Source of the DNA: an uncultured bacterium
GTDB taxonomy: Bacteria > Verrucomicrobiota > Lentisphaeria > Victivallales > UBA1829
Assembly (NCBI GenBank): GCA_902780135.1
Contig: CACZEK010000014.1
Coordinates: 16 to 64,015 of the forward strand
Direction of reading: 5' to 3'
Length of the DNA stretch: 64,000 bases
Shown: piece by piece, positions 1 through 8,551 of the stretch
How positions within the stretch are numbered: the first letter of the stretch is position 1
How the letters are laid out: each line of letters opens with the position of its first letter
Notes under the pieces: generated by a model
What the model saw: the letters and a program-made list of their open reading frames with translations, nothing else
Databases searched by the model: none
What the model was told of the DNA's origin: nothing
Translations under genes and position numbers: made by a program

Positions 1-660
1 CTTGAACATCGGTTCCGGAGCTTCGGCGTTCAGCGCGCGGATGCCGATTTTCGTGTAGATATCGATGTTTTTCAGCAGGCGCGGCGCGATCTGCTCCAGC
101 GAATCCATCGGATAATCCTTGTCGGACAGCAGATGCCCGACCGAGATGTTCGCGAGGTCCTGAAGCCGAAAGAACAGCCACAGGTTTCCGTAACCGCCCT
201 CGCTCCCGATCCAGTCGGCCAGATCCAGCAACGTCCGCGCCTTCGCCTCGTGTTCCGCGGTCGTAGTCAGTGCGCGGATGATCCCGCTTTCCTCTTCCAG
301 CTGGACCGCCCATGCGCGCCCGAACTCGCGTTTTGCGCGTTCGAGCTCGGCCCTCGGCTCGGAGACCCGTGCAATCCGTTCATCGACAAACCACTTGGAA
401 TAGATCTGCGGCGCGGGCGTCTGCTCCTCGCGGATCCGGTTCAGGAGCGCGTCCGGGCCCTTCCGCGCGATTTCCCCGAGCTCTGCCCAGCGCCGGGGTT
501 CGTCGGGATCGACCGGCGCTCCGAATCGTGCCGTCAGGTCGGTGTAACCGGGAGATCTCGTCGCGGTTGCGATCTCGGCGGTGAAAACGGTGAAGAGAGC
601 GGCGGACCCGCCCAGCACACAGCAGAATAGTAAAGCGATCAGGAAAAAACGGTGTTTCAT
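1..660 (-). CDS. Hypothetical exported or membrane-anchored protein, partial (runs off the window start)
   Basis: Read manually and absent from the ORF track. ATG at 660 opens MKHRFFLIALLFCCVLGGSAALFTVF..., with no stop for 220 codons to position 1. The N-terminus is hydrophobic and a promoter lies upstream. Confidence 0.75.
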   Translation of the reverse strand, partial: MKHRFFLIALLFCCVLGGSAALFTVFTAEIATATRSPGYTDLTARFGAPVDPDEPRRWAELGEIARKGPDALLNRIREEQTPAPQIYSKWFVDERIARVSEPRAELERAKREFGRAWAVQLEEESGIIRALTTTAEHEAKARTLLDLADWIGSEGGYGNLWLFFRLQDLANISVGHLLSDKDYPMDSLEQIAPRLLKNIDIYTKIGIRALNAEAPEPMFK

Positions 661-705
661 GTTAAATTATCCGTAGGTGTCGGGGTTAGTCGGCTTGATA
701 ACTCT

Positions 706-734
706 ACTTTATCACCTATTCCGGGAAAAGTCAA
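706..734 (-). promoter_or_regulatory. Sigma70-type promoter for the leftward gene
   Basis: Minus strand reads TTGACT-17 bp-TAAAGT. Confidence 0.55.
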
Positions 735-777
735 GTCGCTTTCTTACCATGTTTGGAACTTTATTTAAGCTTTTTCC

Positions 778-853
778 CCGCCACACCAGGACACCGCCAC
801 ACCAGGTCGCCGCCACCCCTGTCCGGGCAGGATCCGGGCAGGCTCCGGGCAGG
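778..853 (+). repeat. Short direct repeats between divergent promoters
   Basis: CCGCCACACCAGG at 778 and 794 with a partial copy at 810 (16-bp period). TCCGGGCAGG at 822, 833 and 844 (11-bp period). Confidence 0.8.
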
Positions 854-904
854 AAGTCGGCGGATGTTCGGTCAATGATTCTCGACATTTCCGGCATTTC
901 CCGC

Positions 905-933
905 TTGATTATTTGCTTGGGGCGTGGTATAAT
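905..933 (+). promoter_or_regulatory. Sigma70-type promoter with extended -10 for the esterase gene
   Basis: TTGATT-17 bp-TATAAT, with TG at the extended -10 position. Confidence 0.7.
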
Positions 934-1065
934 AAAGTTGTGATTCCTCAAACCCTCCAGCAGCAACGTGAAAGGGATTGAGATGCGCCCATGCTCCATG
1001 AAATCCCATTCGAACGAATCAACATAACAAACAGCCCGGGACAACAAAACGGGCGGAGGTACAAC

Positions 1066-1977
1066 ATGAAGAACTTATTGAAAGCGGCATCCATCCTGAG
1101 CGTGGCGGTCCTGTCCGCATGTGCAACAGTCTCATCCGACGGCGACGACCCGTCGAAGGATTGCGCATGGGCGCGGGCGACCGTGGAAGCCGCGGAGCCC
1201 GGCGACCTGTCCGGCATCACGCCGTACGGGAAATTTCAGCGCTGCACCTATTTTTCGCGCACGGCGGGCCGCGACACGAACCTGAACGTCCTGCTGCCGC
1301 CCGATTATTCGAAGGACAAACAGTATCCTGTCGTCTACATCCTGCACGGATATACCGACGACGAGACCTGGATGGCACGCGACGTCGTCGGCATCCCGCA
1401 AATGCTGACGCGGCTCTACGCGGACGGGAAGGCCAAAGAAATGATCGTGGTCCTGACCTACAACTTCACGAACAAGGAACATGCGCGCGTCAACGGACTT
1501 GACATCATGACCGCCATCAAAGGCTACGACGATTTCATCGACGACATGGTCACCGACGTGATCCCGTTCGTCGAAAAGACTTTCTCCGTGAAGAAAGGCC
1601 GCAAGAACGCCGCGATCACGGGCTTCTCCATGGGCGGCCGCGAATCCATGTTCATCGCGTTCCGTCACCCGGAACTTTTCGGCTATGTCGGCGCGGTCTG
1701 CCCCGCCCCCGGACTGATTCCCGTGCCGAATTCACCCATGCATCCCGGCCAGATGACGCCGGAGGAAATGAAGTTCCCGGCGGAATACACCCCGAAATTC
1801 TTCCTGCTGAGCGCTGGCGGAAACGACAACGCGGTCCGCAATACGCCGTCGGACTACAGCAAGATTCTGACCGACAACGGCATGGATCATATTTTCAACC
1901 TGACGCCCGGCACGGGTCATGACCCCTCAAGCGTCAAACCGCATCTGTACAAGTTTTTCCAGATCGTCTTCCAGTAA
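1066..1977 (+). CDS. Alpha/beta-hydrolase esterase lipoprotein (CE1-like, feruloyl or acetylxylan esterase type)
   Basis: YPVVYILHG, nucleophile motif GFSMGG and a C-terminal GH. Lipobox-like LSAC. RBS GGAGGT before ATG 1066. Confidence 0.85.
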   Translation: MKNLLKAASILSVAVLSACATVSSDGDDPSKDCAWARATVEAAEPGDLSGITPYGKFQRCTYFSRTAGRDTNLNVLLPPDYSKDKQYPVVYILHGYTDDETWMARDVVGIPQMLTRLYADGKAKEMIVVLTYNFTNKEHARVNGLDIMTAIKGYDDFIDDMVTDVIPFVEKTFSVKKGRKNAAITGFSMGGRESMFIAFRHPELFGYVGAVCPAPGLIPVPNSPMHPGQMTPEEMKFPAEYTPKFFLLSAGGNDNAVRNTPSDYSKILTDNGMDHIFNLTPGTGHDPSSVKPHLYKFFQIVFQ

Positions 1978-2019
1978 CACCCTGAACAATATCGAACTGG
2001 AACGAGCCTCGTTTTCAAC

Positions 2020-2167
2020 GGGGATTTCGCCGCCCGGCGCAATCCGGGGTGTCTGCCTCAAAGGCGAGGGCGTGGAGAAAGACAAAGTCGAGGCGCGGAA
2101 GCGGCTGGAAAACGCCGCCGCCCAGGGCGACATCTGCGCCTCCGACTTCCTGAAAGAAATCAAATAG
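2020..2167 (+). pseudogene. Sel1-like repeat gene remnant
   Basis: GDFAARRNPG, then a 1-nt frameshift in the G run at 2046-2049, then VCLKGEGVEKDKVEARKRLENAAAQGD. This matches the Sel1 pattern AxxNLGxxYxxGxGVxxDxxxAxxWxxxAAxQG. No start codon is apparent. Confidence 0.65.
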
Positions 2168-2230
2168 ACGGATACTTTCTGCTTGTCGCGTCTCGCGTTC
2201 CTGTAACCTGTCGAACTCGTACAGACGAGT

Positions 2231-3346
2231 TCACCGATCCAGGTCGATGAGCTCGTACTGGTCGGTGCCGAATCCGATTTTCAGGGCGTGGTCCACGGTA
2301 ACGCGCCAGCGGGTGTTGTCGTGCGCGTCGTCGAAGACGTCGCCGTCCTGTTTGCAGTCGTCCATCCAGGAGCCCGGCAGACGCGGCATTTTGTTGCAGA
2401 GGTCGCAGCAGGCGACGTCGAGCGCGACGGGGTCGAATCCGGCGAGCATGCCGATGTCGGGGATGATCGGGGCGTCGTTCTCCGAATGGCAGTCGCAGTT
2501 CGGCGAGACGTCGCAGATGAGGCTGACGTGGAAATGCGGCTTGCCGTTCACGACGGCGGCGGCGTATTCCGCCATTTTCTCGTCGAGCGGCTCGGTGGAT
2601 TTCGCCATGGAGGCGTGGATGGCGTCGACCGGGCACACGCTGAGGCAGCGTCCGCACCCGGCGCATGCCTCGCGGTCAAGCGACATTTTTTTCGCGGCGG
2701 CGTCGAAATGCAACGCGTTGTTCGCGCACTGTTTGAAGCACATCTTGCAGCCGATGCAGAGGTCGCGGTCGAGTTCCGCCTTGCCGTCGCTGTGCATCGC
2801 CATTTTGCCCGCGCGCGAGGCGCAGCCCATGGCGAGGTTCTTGATCGCGCCGCCTATGCCGGTCAGCTCGTGGCCCTTGAAATGGTTCAGCGTGATGATC
2901 ACGTCCGCGTCGGAGATGGCGCGGCCGATCTTCGCGGTCTTGAAGTGGACGCCGTTCGGGACGGGGAGCTCGACCTCGTCGTTGCCCTTCAGTCCGTCGG
3001 CGATGATCACGTGGCAGCCCGTGGTGAGCGGCGTGAATCCGTTGAGGTCCGCGGTGTCGAGGTGCTCCAGCGCGTTTTTGCGGTAGCCCGGATACAGCGT
3101 GTTGCAGTCGGTCAGGAACGGCTTTCCGCCGCGCTGCCGCACGAAATCGACGATGACGCGCGCGTAGTTCGGACGCAGGAACGCGAGGTTGCCGAGCTCG
3201 CCGAAGTGCATTTTGATCGCGACGAACTTGTCGCGGAGGTCGAGCGTCTCGAATCCGGCCTTCGCCATGAGGTTGTGCAGTTTGTCGGGCAGGGGCGCGC
3301 CGTACATTTTCGTGCGGAAGTTGCAGAAATAGATTTTTTCGGGCAT
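2231..3346 (-). CDS. DUF362-domain Fe-S protein with a 2x[4Fe-4S] ferredoxin domain
   Basis: VAIKMHFGE, HFKGHE and GGAIKNLAMG motifs, two CxxCxxCxxxC motifs and PNCDC. Start placed at MPEKIYF. Confidence 0.88.
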   Translation of the reverse strand: MPEKIYFCNFRTKMYGAPLPDKLHNLMAKAGFETLDLRDKFVAIKMHFGELGNLAFLRPNYARVIVDFVRQRGGKPFLTDCNTLYPGYRKNALEHLDTADLNGFTPLTTGCHVIIADGLKGNDEVELPVPNGVHFKTAKIGRAISDADVIITLNHFKGHELTGIGGAIKNLAMGCASRAGKMAMHSDGKAELDRDLCIGCKMCFKQCANNALHFDAAAKKMSLDREACAGCGRCLSVCPVDAIHASMAKSTEPLDEKMAEYAAAVVNGKPHFHVSLICDVSPNCDCHSENDAPIIPDIGMLAGFDPVALDVACCDLCNKMPRLPGSWMDDCKQDGDVFDDAHDNTRWRVTVDHALKIGFGTDQYELIDLDR

Positions 3347-3531
3347 GCTGGACTCCATGGGCATTGCTGGGAGTGAAGAGAGATTGTGAAAAGATAAAGA
3401 TACAATAGCACGCCGAAGACGAAAATCAAATCCATAACCGGAAAAACGCGCAAAAGCGTGAAAAGAATTATGCTCCCCGCAGTCCGTATCAAACGCCACG
3501 TTTTTTCTTTGTTGATAAGCCTGAATTACGC

Positions 3532-3560
3532 TTGAATTTTTCCGATACTGGTGTTATCTT
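3532..3560 (+). promoter_or_regulatory. Putative promoter of the R-M operon
   Basis: TTGAAT-17 bp-TGT/TATCTT, followed by a GGAG RBS before hsdM. Confidence 0.55.
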
Positions 3561-3586
3561 TATCGTGATTTATCACGGAGATACAC

Positions 3587-5062
3587 ATGTTCGAGCAGAC
3601 TTTTAAAAATATCGACAACACGCTATGGAAGGACGATGGCTGCGGCTCGGAACTGGATTACGTCGAGCAGTCCAGCTGGATCCTCTTCCTCAAATACCTC
3701 GACGACCTGGAAGAGACCCGGCAGATGAAGGAGGAGCTGAACGGCGGGACCTACACCCGGATCATCGCCGACGAATTCCGCTGGTCCACCTGGGCCGCGC
3801 CGAAAGACCGCCACGGCAATCCCGATCACCACAACGCGATGACCGGCGACGACCTGATGGCGTTTGTCCACGGCAAGCTGTTCCCCTACCTCAAATCGTT
3901 CAAGGAATCTGCGGAAAGCCCCTCGACCATCCAGTACAAGATCGGCGAAATCTTCGGCGAGATCCATTGCAAGATCGCCTCCGGTTATGTCCTTCGGGAC
4001 GTCCTCTGGCTGGTGGACACCCTGAAATTCCAATCCAGCGCCGAAAAACACGAGATGAGCCACCTCTACGAGAGCCGCATCCAGAAAATGGGCAACGCCG
4101 GGCGCAACGGCGGCGAATACTACACGCCGCGCCCCCTGATCCGAAGCATCGTCCGCATGGTGAACCCGGAACTCGGCAAGACCGTCTACGATGGCGCGTG
4201 CGGTTCCGCTGGCTTCCTTTGCGAGGCGTTTGCGTTCCTTCAGGAGAAGGCTGGAGAGGATTTCCGGGCCAGAGAGGCGCTCCAGCACGGCGTCTTCTTC
4301 GGCAAGGAGAAAAAGGTGCTGCCGTACATCATTGGTACGATGAACATGATCCTGCACGGCGTGGAAGCGCCGAACATCCTGCACACCAATACATTAAAAG
4401 AAAACCTCGCCGACGTGCAGGAGAGTGACAAGTACAACTACATCCTCGCCAATCCGCCGTTCGGCGGGCTGGAACGGGATGAGGTCAAGCAGAATTTCTT
4501 CCTGAAGACCGGCGAGACCGCCTACCTCTTCCTTCAGCACTTCATCAAGCACCTGAAGGCGGGCGGAAAGGCCGGTATCGTCATCAAGAATACGTTCCTG
4601 AGTAACGGGGACGCTGCCGCACTGCGACGGGAACTGTTGACGGACTGCAACCTTTACGCCGTGCTGGACCTCCCGCAGAAGGTCTTTTCCACTGCCGGGG
4701 TCAAGACCGTCGTACTCTTCTTCGAAAAAGGGTTGCCGACGGAAAAGATCTGGTACTACCAGTTGAACCTCGACCGCAACTTAGGCAAGACCAACCCGCT
4801 GAACGAAGCCGACCTCGCCGATTTCGAGAAGCTTTTCGCCGAAAAAGCCGACAGCGCCAATTCCTGGACCGTGGATGTGAAATCGCTCAATCCGAAGACG
4901 CTGGACCTTTCGGTCAAGAATCCGAATCAGAAGGACGAAGCGCCCGCGCGTACGCCCGCCGAGATCATTGCGGAAATGAAGTCGCTGGAACAGGAAAACT
5001 TGACACTTCTTGATGAAATTGAGGAGCTGGTGAAAGAAAAGAGGTCTAAAAATGGAAAATGA
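3587..5062 (+). CDS. hsdM: Type I R-M N6-adenine methyltransferase subunit
   Basis: GEYYTPR, motif I DGACGSAGFL and motif IV NPPF. Confidence 0.95.
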   Translation: MFEQTFKNIDNTLWKDDGCGSELDYVEQSSWILFLKYLDDLEETRQMKEELNGGTYTRIIADEFRWSTWAAPKDRHGNPDHHNAMTGDDLMAFVHGKLFPYLKSFKESAESPSTIQYKIGEIFGEIHCKIASGYVLRDVLWLVDTLKFQSSAEKHEMSHLYESRIQKMGNAGRNGGEYYTPRPLIRSIVRMVNPELGKTVYDGACGSAGFLCEAFAFLQEKAGEDFRAREALQHGVFFGKEKKVLPYIIGTMNMILHGVEAPNILHTNTLKENLADVQESDKYNYILANPPFGGLERDEVKQNFFLKTGETAYLFLQHFIKHLKAGGKAGIVIKNTFLSNGDAAALRRELLTDCNLYAVLDLPQKVFSTAGVKTVVLFFEKGLPTEKIWYYQLNLDRNLGKTNPLNEADLADFEKLFAEKADSANSWTVDVKSLNPKTLDLSVKNPNQKDEAPARTPAEIIAEMKSLEQENLTLLDEIEELVKEKRSKNGK

Positions 5063-5528
5063 ATCATGGGTTTCAGTGGGGATTCTGATTGCAACATCGC
5101 TTTCTTTTTTTGTTGCTTTTTTTGAGTCCCTCGTGCATTTTCGCGATTCAAGACGTCGGAAAGAAAAAGATGAAACCCCGAACTTGAAGGTCTATATTCA
5201 GATGATAGAAAGGCACAATGGATTTGGAAACAGCATCAATTGTTATACATCCTATCGTTTTTTTATCCAGAATGTCGGTCTCTGCGGTGTTACAATTCTT
5301 GCGTGTGAAGTTAACGGTAAACAGGTTACGGAGTACAATCAGGAACTTGTGAAACCCGAGATTATAATCGGCGCCATTCTCGAACCGCATAATTCCATAA
5401 ATTGTGTTTTGAAACGGAGTCGGGCTCTTCATCAAATTGAGGCGGGAAGCACGGTTAAACTGGTTTATAAATCGGTTCTTGGAAAAACATACAGTACAAT
5501 TCTCACTCTTAGCGAGGAACAGGAATGA
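5052..5528 (+). CDS. AT-rich hypothetical protein with an N-terminal transmembrane helix, embedded in the R-M operon
   Basis: 158 aa. Overlaps the hsdM end by 11 bp and the hsdS start by ATGA. Hydrophobic stretch WVSVGILIATSLSFFVAFF. Confidence 0.7.
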   Translation: MENESWVSVGILIATSLSFFVAFFESLVHFRDSRRRKEKDETPNLKVYIQMIERHNGFGNSINCYTSYRFFIQNVGLCGVTILACEVNGKQVTEYNQELVKPEIIIGAILEPHNSINCVLKRSRALHQIEAGSTVKLVYKSVLGKTYSTILTLSEEQE

Positions 5529-6121
5529 AACGGACTTGGTCAATCAGGAGATTGGGAGAAATCTCTACTGTTGGAAGCGGCAATTCTGCGCCGCAAAATC
5601 CTGCTGCATTTAGGGATGGAGTATTTCCTTTTTTTCGGATGTCTGATGTCGGAAAAATAAGAAAAGGACACATTTCTTCCTCAGTAGATTATCTGAATGA
5701 ATCGGGGATAAAGAAACTTACCAAATTTAAGGCAAACAGTATCCTGTTTCCTAAATGTGGAGCATCTATTTATCTTAATCATCGTGTTATTATGGATGTA
5801 GATGGTTTCGTCTCAAGTCATTTGGCTGTCATAACTCCCGATGAGTCAGTTGTTCATCCCGTGTTCTTGTTGTACTATCTCTATACCATTGATTCTGCAG
5901 ATTTAATACAAGATAACGATTATCCAACTTTAAAACTATCTCAGATATCAAGTATTCCTGTTCATCTTCCCCCTGTTGAAAAACAAGAAAAGATTGTTGA
6001 AGTTCTAAACGCAGTTTTTGTTAAACTGGAAACTGTTAGACATAATGCCGAACAGAATCTTGTATGGGCTAAGGATTTACAAACACAGGTTTTAACCAAG
6101 GCTTTCAACGGGGAGTTGTGA
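5525..6121 (+). CDS. hsdS: Type I R-M specificity subunit, half-size (single TRD)
   Basis: W..RLGEI start, one TRD, the conserved IPVHLPPVEKQEKIV segment and terminal KAFNGEL. Only 198 aa. Confidence 0.88.
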   Translation: MKRTWSIRRLGEISTVGSGNSAPQNPAAFRDGVFPFFRMSDVGKIRKGHISSSVDYLNESGIKKLTKFKANSILFPKCGASIYLNHRVIMDVDGFVSSHLAVITPDESVVHPVFLLYYLYTIDSADLIQDNDYPTLKLSQISSIPVHLPPVEKQEKIVEVLNAVFVKLETVRHNAEQNLVWAKDLQTQVLTKAFNGEL

Positions 6122-8526
6122 CGATGAACGAGGCTCAAACCAGACTTGAAAAAATCGATCCCGCGCTCAAAAAAGCAGGCTGGGGTATCATCGAGGGAAG
6201 TAGAATTCTTGTCGAGCAACGAGCTTGTCTGATTGCTCCCGGACGTGTCGGCAAGGTTCGCGGCAAATTGAAGAAGGTTGACTATCTGCTGACCTATCAC
6301 GGGCGGAAGCTCGCCATCGTCGAGGCCAAGAGCGACGAAAAGGAAGTCGCCGAAGGCGTCGGACAGGCCAAAGAATACGCCGAGATGATGCAGATTCGCT
6401 TCACCTACGCAACCAACGGCGATAAAATTTATTTTATGGACATGGGCATCGGGAAGAATCACGAGAACTCGGACGAATACTTTGTCGATCACTTCCCGAC
6501 GCCGGACGAGCTCTGGACCTGGACATTCCCCAATGCAAACCTCTGGCGGGACAAGTTCAATATGGCACCGCTGTGGACCAACCCGGTCAAGATCCCGCGC
6601 TACTATCAGGAAATCGCCGTCAACCGCGTCATGGAGGCCATCGCCAACAAGAAACGGCGCATGCTGCTCACCCTCGCCACCGGAACGGGCAAGACCTTCA
6701 TCGCGTTTGAAATCGCCTGGAAACTCTTTCAAACCCGGTGGAACCTGAAGGCTGTGGACGATACTTCGCAATGCCGTCTGCCCCGCATCCTTTTTCTGAC
6801 CGACCGGAACAACCTCGCAAATCAGGCGTTCAACGACTTCGGCGGGTTTGAGGATGACGCCCTCTGCCGCATTACGCCGGAAGGAATTCGGAAGCAGGGT
6901 AAGATCGTCCCGAAGGGCGCGAGCGTCTATTTCACGATCTTCCAGACGTTTGAGAGTGGCGAGACGCCATATTACAAGCAGTACGAACCGGACTTCTTTG
7001 ACTGCATAATCATCGATGAATGCCACCGTGGCGGCGCGAACGATGAAAGCGAATGGCGCAGGATTCTGGAATACTTCTCTCCCGCCTACCAGCTCGGCAT
7101 GACCGCCACGCCGAAACGCAAGATCAACGCCGACACCTACCGCTACTTCGGCGAGCCCCTTTACCAGTATTCCCTGAAGCAGGGCATCGAAGACGGCTAC
7201 CTGACACCGTATCGTGTGAGAACCGGCAAGACGCCTATCGACGAGTACAAATACCAGTCCGACGACATCATCCTTTCCGGCGAAGACGAGCTGGACAAGG
7301 ACAAGACCTACACCGAGCAGGACTTCTACCACGGCAGGATCAAGATCAAGGAACGCGACGAGCTGCGGATCAAGGAGCTGATGGAGCAGATCGGCCCGGA
7401 GGAAAAGACCATCGTCTTCTGCGCCACCCAGAACCACGCCATGCAGATCCGTGATGTCATCAACCGGATGGCCAAGAAAAAGCACCCGTTCTACTGCGTC
7501 CGCGTGACCGCCGATGACGGAGAAGAGGGAGAAAGACAGCTGAGGCTGTTCCAGCAGAACGACAAGCTGATCCCGACCGTGCTGACGACCTCGCAGAAAC
7601 TCTCGACCGGGGTGGACGCTCGCAACGTTCGCAATATCGTGCTCCTGAGGCCGGTGAATTCCATTATCGAGTTCAAGCAGATCATCGGACGCGGCACCCG
7701 CCTTTTCGATGAAAAGTATTTCTTCACGATCTACGACTTCGTAAAAGCCTATAAGCACTTCAAAGATTCCGATTGGGACGGGCAGCCCGTCTGCGAAAAA
7801 TGCGGGAACGATCCCTGCACCTGCGGTACCGGCCCGATACTCCCTCCACCAAGAGTCTGTCCCGTTTGCGGCCAGAAGCCCTGCATCTGTGAAAAGCCGG
7901 TCAAGGTCTGCCCCGTCTGCGGGAATCTGCCCTGCACCTGCCCGAAGAAAAAGGGGATCGAAATCCAGCTCTCTGCCAAGCACAAACGCCAGATTTTTGT
8001 GGAGTGGGAAGAGATGTTCATGTTCGACGGCAATTTGATCGGCGTCGCGGAGTTCATCCAGATACTTTACGGGAAGCTGGGCGAATACTGCGGCTCCGAG
8101 GATGAGCTGCGCGAGAAATGGAAAAATCCTGAGAGCCGGGCGAAGTTCCTGCAAACGCTCGCGGAAGCCGGATTCGAGATGGACAAGCTGAAACGCCTCC
8201 AAGCTTTGGTCTCCGCTGAAAAATGCGACCTGCTGGACGTCCTGGAGTACGTCGCCTATGCCCTTGAAATGCACGAGCGTGCTGAACGGGCCGCGCAGGC
8301 GCAGCAGGCTATTGCGGCCACGTACACTCCGCCTCAGCAGAACTTCCTTTCGTTCGTCCTGAAGCAGTACGTTGACTACGGCATCGACGCTCTCTCCGCC
8401 GACAAGCTCGGAAGTCTGCTGGAAACCAAATACGGCTCAGTTCAGGATGGCGTAAGTCAGCTTGGCCCGATTCCAGACATCCGCAATACCTTCATCGACT
8501 TCCAGCGGCATCTGTACCAGGTGTAG
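6118..8526 (+). CDS. hsdR: Type I R-M restriction subunit (EcoAI/EcoEI-like)
   Basis: Nuclease D...EAK, Walker A LATGTGKT, DECH, TATP, LSTGVD and QIIGRGTR motifs, with an EcoEI-type C-terminus. Confidence 0.95.
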   Translation: MTMNEAQTRLEKIDPALKKAGWGIIEGSRILVEQRACLIAPGRVGKVRGKLKKVDYLLTYHGRKLAIVEAKSDEKEVAEGVGQAKEYAEMMQIRFTYATNGDKIYFMDMGIGKNHENSDEYFVDHFPTPDELWTWTFPNANLWRDKFNMAPLWTNPVKIPRYYQEIAVNRVMEAIANKKRRMLLTLATGTGKTFIAFEIAWKLFQTRWNLKAVDDTSQCRLPRILFLTDRNNLANQAFNDFGGFEDDALCRITPEGIRKQGKIVPKGASVYFTIFQTFESGETPYYKQYEPDFFDCIIIDECHRGGANDESEWRRILEYFSPAYQLGMTATPKRKINADTYRYFGEPLYQYSLKQGIEDGYLTPYRVRTGKTPIDEYKYQSDDIILSGEDELDKDKTYTEQDFYHGRIKIKERDELRIKELMEQIGPEEKTIVFCATQNHAMQIRDVINRMAKKKHPFYCVRVTADDGEEGERQLRLFQQNDKLIPTVLTTSQKLSTGVDARNVRNIVLLRPVNSIIEFKQIIGRGTRLFDEKYFFTIYDFVKAYKHFKDSDWDGQPVCEKCGNDPCTCGTGPILPPPRVCPVCGQKPCICEKPVKVCPVCGNLPCTCPKKKGIEIQLSAKHKRQIFVEWEEMFMFDGNLIGVAEFIQILYGKLGEYCGSEDELREKWKNPESRAKFLQTLAEAGFEMDKLKRLQALVSAEKCDLLDVLEYVAYALEMHERAERAAQAQQAIAATYTPPQQNFLSFVLKQYVDYGIDALSADKLGSLLETKYGSVQDGVSQLGPIPDIRNTFIDFQRHLYQV

Positions 8527-8551
8527 CTCAAATCGGGCGAAGCGGGATGGC

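Noticed and set aside
712-1047. Small ORFs in the first intergenic region
   Set aside because: They overlap two promoters and repeats and show no recognisable protein features.
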